From positions 128,001 through 192,000 of the forward strand of contig CAVOVB010000003.1 in NCBI GenBank assembly GCA_963699755.1: DNA of 64,000 nt, read 5' to 3'. Of the stretch, positions 19,239 through 28,177 are shown piece after piece. The position numbers and the translations under genes were made by a program. Source of the DNA: an uncultured delta proteobacterium. GTDB taxonomy: Bacteria > Myxococcota_A > Polyangia > Polyangiales > Houyiibacteriaceae. Within the stretch, counting starts at the first letter, position 1; each line of letters starts with the position of its first letter. Below the pieces are notes generated by a model that saw nothing but the letters and a program-made list of their open reading frames with translations, did no database searches and was not told where the DNA came from.

Positions 19239-20938
19239 CCGATGCTCTTGTTGGAGGGGTAAAGGTTGATGGTGAGTCTTTGAAAGCAATTGATCGGGCT
19301 CTCCGACGTCAACAGGCGTTGGAGAGCGCATCCGAAAAGATAGGCGTCACCGATTTCAGCGAAGCCAGTTTCATCCAGCTCCACCTCGGTGTGGAGCCCG
19401 ACCATTGGAACCCTTTCGAACACCCGGCGCTCGCGGGTTGCGCGCACGCTCCGAATTGCCGCAATCCTGAGTCGATTTGCCTCGTAGAGCTGCTGGTCGG
19501 TTTCCTCGTGGACGTTGTAGAGGGTAAGCAGCGAGCTTAGGACATTGGCGTGGGCGAGGCTCCTGGTGTTGAGCGCCAGGTGAGACACCAATCGCCAGTG
19601 CTTTTCGGCGCCGATGGGAGGGCGAGTCGGCCTGGTGACACGCGTGATGTTTCGGAAGCTGGCGACCGTGGGCGAGCCGGATGTTGGCTGACAGATGTCG
19701 CCCGGCCGCAGCTCCGAAGGCAACTGCCGGTTGGTGCAGCTGAGCTCGCTCGAGAGCACACGTTCTTCGAGATCCGGCGGGACATCGGACGGCGTGAGGA
19801 CTGAGAGATAGGCATCTATCGCGTTGTCGATCGGAGAACGGTCTCGTCTCACGCTATAGTACCGCTGCGCGTTACGGGGCCTATTCAAATGAGAGAAGGC
19901 GAAAAAGGGGTCGTACGTGATTCGCCTCGAACCACGCTGGTCGATCCCGGTGACCGAGTTGACGCTGTAGATCTCCGTATGATGTGGGTCTCGGTTCAAT
20001 GCTCTGAGCAGGTACTCGTGCTCTCTCGAGCTCTGCTTGATCGGCGCGCCATCGGCTTCGAAGAGATTGACCACGGGGGTGCAATGAGGCTGGAACAGGT
20101 CTGAGGTCAGGCGCTCGGGCAACTTTGGCGGATCGCGGAAGTGGAAGACCAGATCGAAGTTTTCCCCAAGTACTCCCTCCGGCAACTTCAGGAAGCCGGG
20201 AACGTCGACGAAGAGAAGCTTCGCCGGCATGGTGAAGTACTCCTGTAGAAGGCAGAGGCCTTCGGGCACCGTGTCGGGCCAAGGAAGAAGCCGAAAGCCT
20301 GCGCCCACGCCGGGTAGCTCGACCTTGTTCGCAAGAGGATACGCGTGACCTCGCGTCTCGAGCTCGGCCGCGGTCAGGTATTCGGCCAGCCAGAAGAAGA
20401 CGGTCGACGCAAGCCCAAGCGGGCCATCCAAAAATAGCCGAAGGCGTCCGTGTTCAGGCCATTTGGGCTCGCTCTCCGCCCGGAAGCGCAACCGAATTTT
20501 CGGCCGGCTCTCGGTCGAGGGGTCCATCGTGGCGCCTTCGAGGCGCATGGGGAGAAGGTCGACCGGCGCGATCGTACGAAACGTGCACTGTGTCCCCTGG
20601 ACGGCGCGACTGGCCAGCTCCGTTCCCGACGCGACCTGGTAGTGCCCACGGATCGCCGCTGCATTCGCCGAGAACTGGACGGTGGAGCAGGCGGGCACCT
20701 GCCGAAAGAGCTGAGGGACGGTGAGCTGTCCGAGCGAGTCGATGACCTCAGGTAGGGCGTCATCGGCCCGCTCCCGGATTCGGGCGGTCAGAAATGCGAA
20801 ACCTTCGAGAAGCCGCTCGACTTCCGGGTCTCCCTCTCGATCGGCAAGCGCCCTCGTCAACGTGGGATTGGCGCGAGCGAACTCTCGGCCGAGCTCGCGG
20901 AGATAGGTCAATTCGCTCTGGTAGTACTTGCTGAACAT
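19202..20938 (-). CDS. tssF: T6SS baseplate subunit TssF
   Basis: YYQSELTYLRELGREFA, DPEVERLLEGFAFL, LLQEYF, CTPVVNLF, CTNRQLP, WRLVSHLALN. Confidence 0.95.
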   Translation of the reverse strand: MFSKYYQSELTYLRELGREFARANPTLTRALADREGDPEVERLLEGFAFLTARIRERADDALPEVIDSLGQLTVPQLFRQVPACSTVQFSANAAAIRGHYQVASGTELASRAVQGTQCTFRTIAPVDLLPMRLEGATMDPSTESRPKIRLRFRAESEPKWPEHGRLRLFLDGPLGLASTVFFWLAEYLTAAELETRGHAYPLANKVELPGVGAGFRLLPWPDTVPEGLCLLQEYFTMPAKLLFVDVPGFLKLPEGVLGENFDLVFHFRDPPKLPERLTSDLFQPHCTPVVNLFEADGAPIKQSSREHEYLLRALNRDPHHTEIYSVNSVTGIDQRGSRRITYDPFFAFSHLNRPRNAQRYYSVRRDRSPIDNAIDAYLSVLTPSDVPPDLEERVLSSELSCTNRQLPSELRPGDICQPTSGSPTVASFRNITRVTRPTRPPIGAEKHWRLVSHLALNTRSLAHANVLSSLLTLYNVHEETDQQLYEANRLRIAAIRSVRATRERRVFERVPMVGLHTEVELDETGFAEIGDAYLFGCALQRLLTSESPINCFQRLTINLYPSNKSIGWKPETGTQPLL

Positions 20939-20939
20939 C

Positions 20940-21317
20940 TCAGCGGCTCACCTTGAAGCGGTTCCCCGGCTGTAACGCGGTCCGCACGTGGAACGGGGTC
21001 TTGTCGGCATCGGTGAGACGCGCCGACACATCGAAGTAGAGAACGAACGGGTCATCGGAAGGGAAGAATCGCACCTTCACTTTGGAGAGCCTCGGCTCGT
21101 ACTTGAGGATGACGTCGCGAATCGCGTTCTGAAGTGCATGCAAGCCGTCCGGAAGCATGTGCACGATGTCGGTCAGGTCAGGCAACCCGTAGTCCGGGTG
21201 CGTCACGGAGAGGCCTTCGCGCGTGTTGAGCAAGATCTGTAGATGCTCCGCGATCGACTGCGTCTCGTCCACGCTTCGTCGATCGGTCCCGAGCCTTCGC
21301 AAGAAACGTTCGCTCAT
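20940..21317 (-). CDS. tssE: T6SS baseplate subunit TssE (gp25-like)
   Basis: HLQILLNTREG, PDYGLPD, YEPRL motifs. Confidence 0.93.
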   Translation of the reverse strand: MSERFLRRLGTDRRSVDETQSIAEHLQILLNTREGLSVTHPDYGLPDLTDIVHMLPDGLHALQNAIRDVILKYEPRLSKVKVRFFPSDDPFVLYFDVSARLTDADKTPFHVRTALQPGNRFKVSR

Positions 21318-22906
21318 CGCGCCCGCTTCTCGCTTCCTTCGTGCGGTTTGATGTCCAACGTGGCCATCCGGCTGATCAGGCTAGTCCGTGAGATACTAAG
21401 CTCCCTGGCCGTCTGGGCCACCACGCCTTCGCATTTCAGGAGGGCGTCCCGGATGATCTCACGTTCGATCGCATCGAGATCGGTGCGCCGTTCTGCCAGT
21501 TGTTCCCAGCGCTCCCGGACCGCGTACGCAGGGGGAGTGCCGCTCGGCTCGGCGCTCTGTGTTGCGGGAGCGCTCGGAAGGACCGCACGCGAGGCCTTCC
21601 GTGGAGGAAGGTCGAGGTGACGCGCTTCGATGAGCTCAGCTTCCTCATTCGCCGCACCGGCCCTGTTCTTCGCACGCTCGAGCACCGCTTCCAGCTCACG
21701 AATATTTCCGGCCCACTCGAGGTGAGGCGCTTTGAGCAGGGCGAGAGCGTCTCCGTCCAAAGCCCAATCCCTACGCGGATCTGTCCTCGTCAGGTAGCGA
21801 ATCGCGATGTCGGGGATGTCAGCTCGGCGTTCCCGCAATGGCGGAAGAGTCAGCGGCACGGTCGCCAGTCGGAAGTACAAATCCTGCCGGAATCGGGTGT
21901 CCGCAATCGCCCTGCCGATGTCTCCATTCGTGACCGAGATGAGACGAAGCTCCGCCTTCTTCGGATCGAGGCCCTGGTAGCCAAGTGGCCGGTACGTGCC
22001 GAACTGCGTGAAGTCGAGAAGCAGCTGTTGGGCATGAGGCGACAAATTGAGAACTTCGTCGAGGATGAGCGTGCCCTTGTCGGCGTACTCGACCAGGCCT
22101 TTTCGCTTCGAAACGGCACCGGAGAACGCGCCTCGCTCGTGACCGAATAGTTCCGAGGCGATCGTGTTCAGGTCGTCGCTGAATCCCAGCGTCGCCCGGA
22201 CGATCGGCGCACGATTGCTCGCGCGCGCGATCGCAGTCGCGAGCTGCGTCTTGCCTGTTCCCGATTCGCCGAGAATCATGATCGATGCATTGCTTCGAAT
22301 CGCGGCGCGCACTTCATCTCGAAGCGCCCGCATGCTCCTCGGTGCGAGGAGCTCATCGAGATCCAGATACGTCGAAGGATCCTGCCGCGCTTGCTGTTCC
22401 CGCAGATGCTCTTGGGCCTTTTCGACCAGTGCTTGTTGGGCCGTCATGGCGCCAAGCAAGGTGGCGACGTACTCGAGAAACTCCAGCACCGCGCTGCGGG
22501 TTCCCTGATCATCCGGAAAATCCAAGTAGATCGCGGCGACGAGTCGCCGATTCCCTCGCGGGGTCGTTGGGGGTGCCCAGAGCGGAATCGCCGCGAAGGA
22601 TCCGGTGTCGGCATAGGGGACAGGGCCGGCGATCGTTCGGCGTCGGTCCTCCACCTCGCTTAGGACAGTGGTGACGTGCGCTGCAAGAATGGCGGGGGGG
22701 ACGGCGTGGAAGCTGCTCGTCCGAGCATGATGGATCGACCCGCTTCCTTTGGACTCGAACGTGCTCCAAGCCGAGGTTGCGCCCAGCACCACACACAGGG
22801 CGTCGAGGGTTTCCTCGATCAGGCGGGCGTTCTGAAGGCCGCTGACGAGAGCCGCGACCACCGCGCGCATCCGCGGCCACGGATATGTTTCGTCCACCAT
22901 CGGCAT
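21314..22906 (-). CDS. Sigma54-dependent activator (GAF-like sensor, AAA+, Fis HTH), VasH-like position
   Basis: GESGTGKT, SELFGHERGAFSGA, LILDEV, FRQDLYFRL, WAGNIREL, C-terminal HTH; stop overlaps the tssE start (ATGA). Confidence 0.92.
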   Translation of the reverse strand: MPMVDETYPWPRMRAVVAALVSGLQNARLIEETLDALCVVLGATSAWSTFESKGSGSIHHARTSSFHAVPPAILAAHVTTVLSEVEDRRRTIAGPVPYADTGSFAAIPLWAPPTTPRGNRRLVAAIYLDFPDDQGTRSAVLEFLEYVATLLGAMTAQQALVEKAQEHLREQQARQDPSTYLDLDELLAPRSMRALRDEVRAAIRSNASIMILGESGTGKTQLATAIARASNRAPIVRATLGFSDDLNTIASELFGHERGAFSGAVSKRKGLVEYADKGTLILDEVLNLSPHAQQLLLDFTQFGTYRPLGYQGLDPKKAELRLISVTNGDIGRAIADTRFRQDLYFRLATVPLTLPPLRERRADIPDIAIRYLTRTDPRRDWALDGDALALLKAPHLEWAGNIRELEAVLERAKNRAGAANEEAELIEARHLDLPPRKASRAVLPSAPATQSAEPSGTPPAYAVRERWEQLAERRTDLDAIEREIIRDALLKCEGVVAQTARELSISRTSLISRMATLDIKPHEGSEKRAR

Positions 22907-23040
22907 CAGGCGACCACGAGATTACCTGTTCACGACCGTCCCGACCATAGGCTCCTCGAAATTGGTCACCTCTCGGTTGGGCGCCCGTGAATACTCGCGT
23001 TTTAGTTCGGAAATTGGAGCGGTTCGAGTAACCTGCCGCG

Positions 23041-23757
23041 ATGAGTAGCTCGTCCCGACTCCAACTCCCAGTGACCCTGCTGCTTGCGCTCTTGGCCAGT
23101 GCTTGTGCGGACGTTCAGCCGTCTGCACCCATCGGCTGCGCCAACAACTTCGATTGCGAACCGACCGACTATTGTGTGGCTGAGACCTGCGGTGGACCTG
23201 GCACCTGCCTGGCGCGGCCGGCCGACTGCTCCCCGAACGTGAGCTTCGTTTGCGGCTGTGACGGTGTGACCTACGACAACGCATGCGAGGCGAGCAGAGC
23301 CGGCGCTCGCATTGCCAACGTCGGGGAATGCGTCTGCGACACCAACGAAGATTGCAACGAAAGCGACTACTGTGACGGCGAGAGCTGCGAAGGCGCCGGC
23401 ACCTGTGAAGCCAAGCCTACGGACTGCCCGGCGGTGTTTGATCCGGTCTGTGGTTGCGACGGTGTGAACTACGACAGCGAGTGTCTCGCGGAGTCGTTGG
23501 GGGTACGGATCGAGTCAGCGGGACCTTGCCCCTGTGCCCCGGACGCGGTCGATTGCTGTGACACCAACGACGACTGCCTTGCGACTGAGTACTGTGCAGC
23601 CGAGATCTGCGCTGGCCCGGGGAATTGCGAGATTCGGCCGACGGTCTGCCCTCTGGTCCTAGCCCCCGTGTGCGGCTGCGACGGCGGAACCTACAGCAAC
23701 TCATGCGTCGCAGCGACGGCTGGTGTAAGGGTGAGCTTCTCCGGGGAATGCCCATAG
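23041..23757 (+). CDS. Cys-rich lipoprotein with three Kazal-like repeats
   Basis: Lipobox LASA-C; three VCGCDG.(T/N)Y...C.A units. Confidence 0.8.
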   Translation: MSSSSRLQLPVTLLLALLASACADVQPSAPIGCANNFDCEPTDYCVAETCGGPGTCLARPADCSPNVSFVCGCDGVTYDNACEASRAGARIANVGECVCDTNEDCNESDYCDGESCEGAGTCEAKPTDCPAVFDPVCGCDGVNYDSECLAESLGVRIESAGPCPCAPDAVDCCDTNDDCLATEYCAAEICAGPGNCEIRPTVCPLVLAPVCGCDGGTYSNSCVAATAGVRVSFSGECP

Positions 23758-24049
23758 GGAGTTGGCAGTTTGGGCGGCGCGAGCGGATTCGGGCCAATTC
23801 GCAACGGAGCGACTTCTTCACGACCCGCTGAGAATCGAATAGCACGGTGACGAGCTCAGTCGTTCACCATCGTTGGCAGGCGCCATCGCGAGCCTAACGG
23901 ACGGCGCGGGGACACCTGAGCCCATGCGGGGTTCTTTGCCGCGAATCTCGAAATCAAGGCTAGGCGAATAGATTGCGCGTCCCCCAGCCTGCGGTGCAGA
24001 ACTTTCGGAGACCGATTCGGTGTTCAACGACAAAATCGCGATCAAATAG

Positions 24050-24066
24050 CTGGCACGCGATGTGCT
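24050..24066 (+). promoter_or_regulatory. Sigma54 (-24/-12) promoter
   Basis: CTGGCACGCGATGTGCT (GG-N10-GC) about 40 bp before ATG 24105, with a GGAGG RBS and about 290 bp of upstream non-coding DNA. Confidence 0.75.
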
Positions 24067-24104
24067 TCCGCTTCTGATGTTACAGCATCGTCGGGAGGTG
24101 ACTA

Positions 24105-26228
24105 ATGCGTCTGACTCTGAAATTGCGCTTGGTGCTGGGGCTGGTGGCCGTTGTATTTGTGGCGGCTGGGGGGTGTGCGGATGTGACTCCTGCTGTAGGG
24201 TCCGGCGGTAGTGGAGGTGCCACGGGCAGTGGCGGCGGTGCTGGTAGCGGAGGGATCGACTGTTTCAACGCCTTGTGCGATCCGATCGGCGACCGCTGTT
24301 GCCCTGCGGCGTGTATGCCAGGCAATGACTTCGATTGCTGCGAAGCCGCTACCTGCAGCACCGTGTCCGACGCTTGTTGCTCAAGTACTTGTGCGGAAGC
24401 CGACGACGTCGACTGCTGTGACGAAGCTGCGTGCAGCAACAGTTCCGACGGCTGCTGTCCGGCGACGTGCACCCCCGCGAATGACGTGGACTGCTGTGAC
24501 ACCCCTTGCAGCCAGGCTGCCGATGGGTGCTGCGGGAACATGTGCACGTCGGCCAACGACGCGGATTGCTGCGCAGTAGCTACCTGCGATCCGACGCCAG
24601 ATGGCTGCTGCTCGGACGCTTGCACGGCAGCCAACGATCAAGATTGCTGCAGCATCGTCGCATGCAACAACGACTTCTCTGACAATTGTTGCCCAGACGC
24701 TTGTGCTCCAACCGAAGACATCGATTGTTTCAACGCGCCCGATTCGATTGTTGTCACGCCGAGCGACCCCTCGATTGCTTTGGGGGAAACTCAGCAGTTC
24801 ACCGCAACGGCTGTCTACGGCGGTAGCCCCGTAGAGATCACTGCCTACGCGCTATGGTCTTCTTCCAACGAGGGTGTCGCTACCGTAAGCAACAATGGGC
24901 TGGTCACGAGCGTCCTTTCAGGAACCACGACCATCTCAGCGGGCATCCCAGGCGCATCCAGCGCGCCCGTCGGATCGACCACTCTGCGCGTCACCGATGC
25001 CGAGCTCCGGTCGATCTCCATCGTTCCAGTGGACCCGTCGATCACGCTCGGGACAAAGCAACAATTCACGGCGACTGGCACGTACACCGATGGAGGCCAG
25101 GTGGACCTTACCACTCAGGTGCAGTGGAGCTCTTCGGTCCCGACCGTGGCGACGGTAAGTGATGCGCCCGGGAGCGACGGGTTGGCAACGAGTATCACGG
25201 TAGGCCGAACAACGATCACGGCCACAGATACCGCGTCCGCCATCCTCGGAGAGAGCGATTTGGACGTGACAGGACCCACGACGAACCGCGCCTATGTTGC
25301 AAACTCGAGCGACGGGTCCGTCTCAGTTATCGACATCGTAGATGGGAAGGTCATCGATACGATTACTGTAAACACTGGGCCGTTTGCCATGGCGGCGCAT
25401 CCCACAGCGAATCTCGTGTACGTGACTCACAACCAACTCGACATCGTCTCAGTAATCGACACGACGACCAACCAGGTGCTCACCACCGTCAATGTCGGCG
25501 ACAACCCTTATGATGTCGCTGTCAATGACGTTCGGAACAAGGCCTACATTGCGAATCCTGGCGCCTGGGGTTCCGGTGATGACACGGTGACGATCATCAA
25601 CACGACGAATCAGCAAGTGATCAAAACCGTGGTCGTGGGACAAGACCCGGCCGCGGTTGATGTGACCGACCACGGGAATTCCACGGGAGCATTTGTCGCC
25701 CTCAGGGGTCAGGTGAAAGTGATTGATGTTGCCACTGATAACGTGTCCCATACCATCCCGCTTCCCGCGGGAACGACAGGCACCGCATGCCCGTCGGGCG
25801 TCGCCTATCAGCGAGCAACTTACATCATGCGGGTCTTGCACAACATCTGTAACGCGCCGCTCAGCGCAAAGCCCTATATCAACGACGTCGTGTCGACGAC
25901 CAAGGCCGTCGACACCACATACCGAATCGAATCTGCCGGCGCGGGCACCGATGTGACGGTCAATCCGGGAGTCGGCGGATGGACCTATGTGACGCATGCA
26001 AGTCAAAACACGCTTTCGGTCACCGAGTACGTCTTCGATACCTTGGAAGCGGAGGTTCCCGTGGGCGAGTTCCCCACGAAGGTTCAGTTCGTAGGGCCGC
26101 CCCACAACAAAGTGCTGGTGTCGAACTGCACTAGTGGAGACGTCTCGGTCGTGGATGTAGCCACCAATACCGTTACTAAGACCATTGATGTCGGTGGCTG
26201 CCCGCGTGGAATCGCCGTGATTCCTTAG
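24105..26228 (+). CDS. Surface lipoprotein: Gly linker, six Cys-rich repeats, two bacterial Ig-like (Big_2) domains, YVTN/YncE beta-propeller
   Basis: Signal peptide ending AGG-C; two 'SI..TP/PVDPSI.LG..QQFTAT...WSSS...VATVS' units; RAYVAN..DGSVSVID and 'TI.VG..P' repeats. Confidence 0.85.
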   Translation: MRLTLKLRLVLGLVAVVFVAAGGCADVTPAVGSGGSGGATGSGGGAGSGGIDCFNALCDPIGDRCCPAACMPGNDFDCCEAATCSTVSDACCSSTCAEADDVDCCDEAACSNSSDGCCPATCTPANDVDCCDTPCSQAADGCCGNMCTSANDADCCAVATCDPTPDGCCSDACTAANDQDCCSIVACNNDFSDNCCPDACAPTEDIDCFNAPDSIVVTPSDPSIALGETQQFTATAVYGGSPVEITAYALWSSSNEGVATVSNNGLVTSVLSGTTTISAGIPGASSAPVGSTTLRVTDAELRSISIVPVDPSITLGTKQQFTATGTYTDGGQVDLTTQVQWSSSVPTVATVSDAPGSDGLATSITVGRTTITATDTASAILGESDLDVTGPTTNRAYVANSSDGSVSVIDIVDGKVIDTITVNTGPFAMAAHPTANLVYVTHNQLDIVSVIDTTTNQVLTTVNVGDNPYDVAVNDVRNKAYIANPGAWGSGDDTVTIINTTNQQVIKTVVVGQDPAAVDVTDHGNSTGAFVALRGQVKVIDVATDNVSHTIPLPAGTTGTACPSGVAYQRATYIMRVLHNICNAPLSAKPYINDVVSTTKAVDTTYRIESAGAGTDVTVNPGVGGWTYVTHASQNTLSVTEYVFDTLEAEVPVGEFPTKVQFVGPPHNKVLVSNCTSGDVSVVDVATNTVTKTIDVGGCPRGIAVIP
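24255..24736 (+). repeat. Six tandem ~25-27-aa C-x4/5-D-x-CC-x3-C-x4-D-x-DC repeats
   Basis: Read from the translation; bounded by ATCGA(C/T)TGTTTCAACGC at 24255 and 24720 (both encode IDCFNA). Confidence 0.85.
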
Positions 26229-26494
26229 TATCAGAAGCATGATGCTTAGGCTTTCGCGCCACAAGATGGCCTGGACCGGGCTTCCCAACCGAGGCTTCAG
26301 CGTTGGTCATCGAGCTGCCCTCTCTGGTTTGGCAGTGGCCGGCCGTTACGTCTTGCAAGATGACATCGGCGGCGACGTGCCCGCGTGCTCGAGCCGCATG
26401 CCAAGTGCGAGACACCTATTTGGCCAGTCCCCTTGAGCCTAGGCGTGTATCGATTGCGTTTCGACGAGCGCAAAGCGGTGCGCCGCCAGGCTGA

Positions 26495-27319
26495 TCAGTC
26501 ACACGGAATGTACTTGCGCGATCCGACGTACATGATTCCCCCATCGAAGCTCACATTGCTCGAGTACGCGTTGGCGCCGCTCGGATGGAACGTGATGCTG
26601 TTCCCTTGCACCCCGTATCTGCCCTCCTCGCGATCTTCGCTCATCACGGACTGACCCGCGGCGCTTACGGATGAAGCGCTGTAGTACGAATAGCTACCGT
26701 CCGGGTGGATGCGTAGCTTTGCTTCGGTAAACGATGAGCCATATCCCCCACTCGAGCTGAAGTATGTCCAACAACCGTGAATCCGCTGTGGCGACGCAGA
26801 GCCCACAGCGGGTTTGGAGAAGCTCAAAGACTTCTCGATTGCGCGCGCCACGGTTTGGATGCGTTTGAAGGCTTGCCCAACGCCGACCGTGCCCATCACC
26901 ACGCCGACGCCGTACTTTCCGATCACTGCTCGAAGCTGCCCCGGGTTTGATTGGGCACCGTTGGTGACTTCAACGTCGACCTGAACCACGTTTCCTTTGG
27001 CGGTAGGCTTGCCTGTGGGACGCATGCTGAGCCCCTCTCCCAGATCTTGCGTCTGTCGAAACTCCGCAAGCGCTTGCTTCGGCGTCAGCTTTTCTGCAGC
27101 CATCGAGATGAAGCCGTCAAAGCCCTCTGCTCCGACCAGGAAGTAGTCTCCGGAGAGCAACCCCATCCAACCCTTGGGAAGCCGAAAGGAGACGCCGTGG
27201 CTCGGAATCTCGAGGCTGACAGGACCTTGGTACTTGGTGCCTGGCGCCAGTTCCTCGGCCAATGCAATCGATGGAAGCCCAAGCATGAGCAGAACAAAAA
27301 GGGAAAGTCGGAGTTTCAT
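26495..27319 (-). CDS. Hypothetical secreted protein
   Basis: ATG 27319 after GGAGG; Sec signal ending IALA-EE; beta-rich C-terminal domain. Confidence 0.7.
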   Translation of the reverse strand: MKLRLSLFVLLMLGLPSIALAEELAPGTKYQGPVSLEIPSHGVSFRLPKGWMGLLSGDYFLVGAEGFDGFISMAAEKLTPKQALAEFRQTQDLGEGLSMRPTGKPTAKGNVVQVDVEVTNGAQSNPGQLRAVIGKYGVGVVMGTVGVGQAFKRIQTVARAIEKSLSFSKPAVGSASPQRIHGCWTYFSSSGGYGSSFTEAKLRIHPDGSYSYYSASSVSAAGQSVMSEDREEGRYGVQGNSITFHPSGANAYSSNVSFDGGIMYVGSRKYIPCD

Positions 27320-27488
27320 TCCACACCTCCAGGCGGTCGAAACTACCACGTGATGGCAGTAGGCTGCGACTGCTGTCGCATACGTAATTCTTCACCCACC
27401 GTGAAGGGTCGCTCGAGAAGCCGAATGTCAAAAAGTGACGAGCTGAGATATAGTCCTTCCGCGCGAGACGGCGCGGGAGGGTTGTTCG

Positions 27489-28118
27489 ATGAGGGTTTCG
27501 ATGCTGCGCACTTGGGCTGCCTGCCTGCTCTGCTTCGCCTTGGCCATAGGAACGCCGACTGCGGCTGAGAAACGCGAGGAATCGGATTCCGAATCGTACG
27601 TGGCGCCGAAGGGCAAGGCCGTGGTGGTCCTCGTGCGCAACCGCGCCCTTCTGGGTACAGTGAAGTTCAGAATCATCGACCAGAAGCGTAGATGCTACGG
27701 CGTGCTCAAAGGCAGAAGTCACGTGGGGATGGTCATCAAGCCGGGCAAGCACAAGTTGTACATTCTCGCGGCCAAACGACTGATTCAGGCAGAACGAGTC
27801 GACGCGAACGTCGCTGCCGGGCGCTCCTACATCATCGAAACACGTCCTCGGGCCAAAATGAAAGAACGTGTGGACGTCGAAACCGTGCGGCGCGGGACGC
27901 CCCGCTTCGATGAGGCGACGCATTGGATTGCGGGAACGAAGAGCATTTCGCGCAATCTCAGCGAGTGTACGCAGTGGGTCGCCAAGAAGAGCAGCAAAGT
28001 CTCAGCCGCGATCACCGCCGCCGAGCAAGAGTGGGAGATGAGTGGCGATTTCTACCAAAACGCGCGCACGCTCACACCCAAAGATGGTCGGACGAAAAGC
28101 GAGATCTTGGATCTCTGA
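27489..28118 (+). CDS. Hypothetical secreted protein, DUF2846-like
   Basis: RBS GGGAGG, signal peptide, 'P.GKAVVVLVR...PGKHKL...AGRSY' pattern. Confidence 0.6.
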   Translation: MRVSMLRTWAACLLCFALAIGTPTAAEKREESDSESYVAPKGKAVVVLVRNRALLGTVKFRIIDQKRRCYGVLKGRSHVGMVIKPGKHKLYILAAKRLIQAERVDANVAAGRSYIIETRPRAKMKERVDVETVRRGTPRFDEATHWIAGTKSISRNLSECTQWVAKKSSKVSAAITAAEQEWEMSGDFYQNARTLTPKDGRTKSEILDL

Positions 28119-28177
28119 AGGACATCGTCGTGTTCCGACCGGATCTGGCCGTCGGCGTCCCCGGATTGGCGGGTGCG

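Noticed and set aside
22922..22948. Short upstream ORF MVGTVVNR on the minus strand before the sigma54 activator
   Set aside because: GAGGAG is only 3 nt from the ATG and nothing else supports it.
24255..24736. Cys-rich repeats as a CRISPR or non-coding repeat array
   Set aside because: In-frame, degenerate at DNA level, no identical repeats with spacers, no cas genes.
26229..26494. Non-coding gap with short ORFs and an AAGCAT-G-ATGCTT palindrome
   Set aside because: Lies between convergent genes; no recognisable RNA gene, terminal repeats or coding signal.
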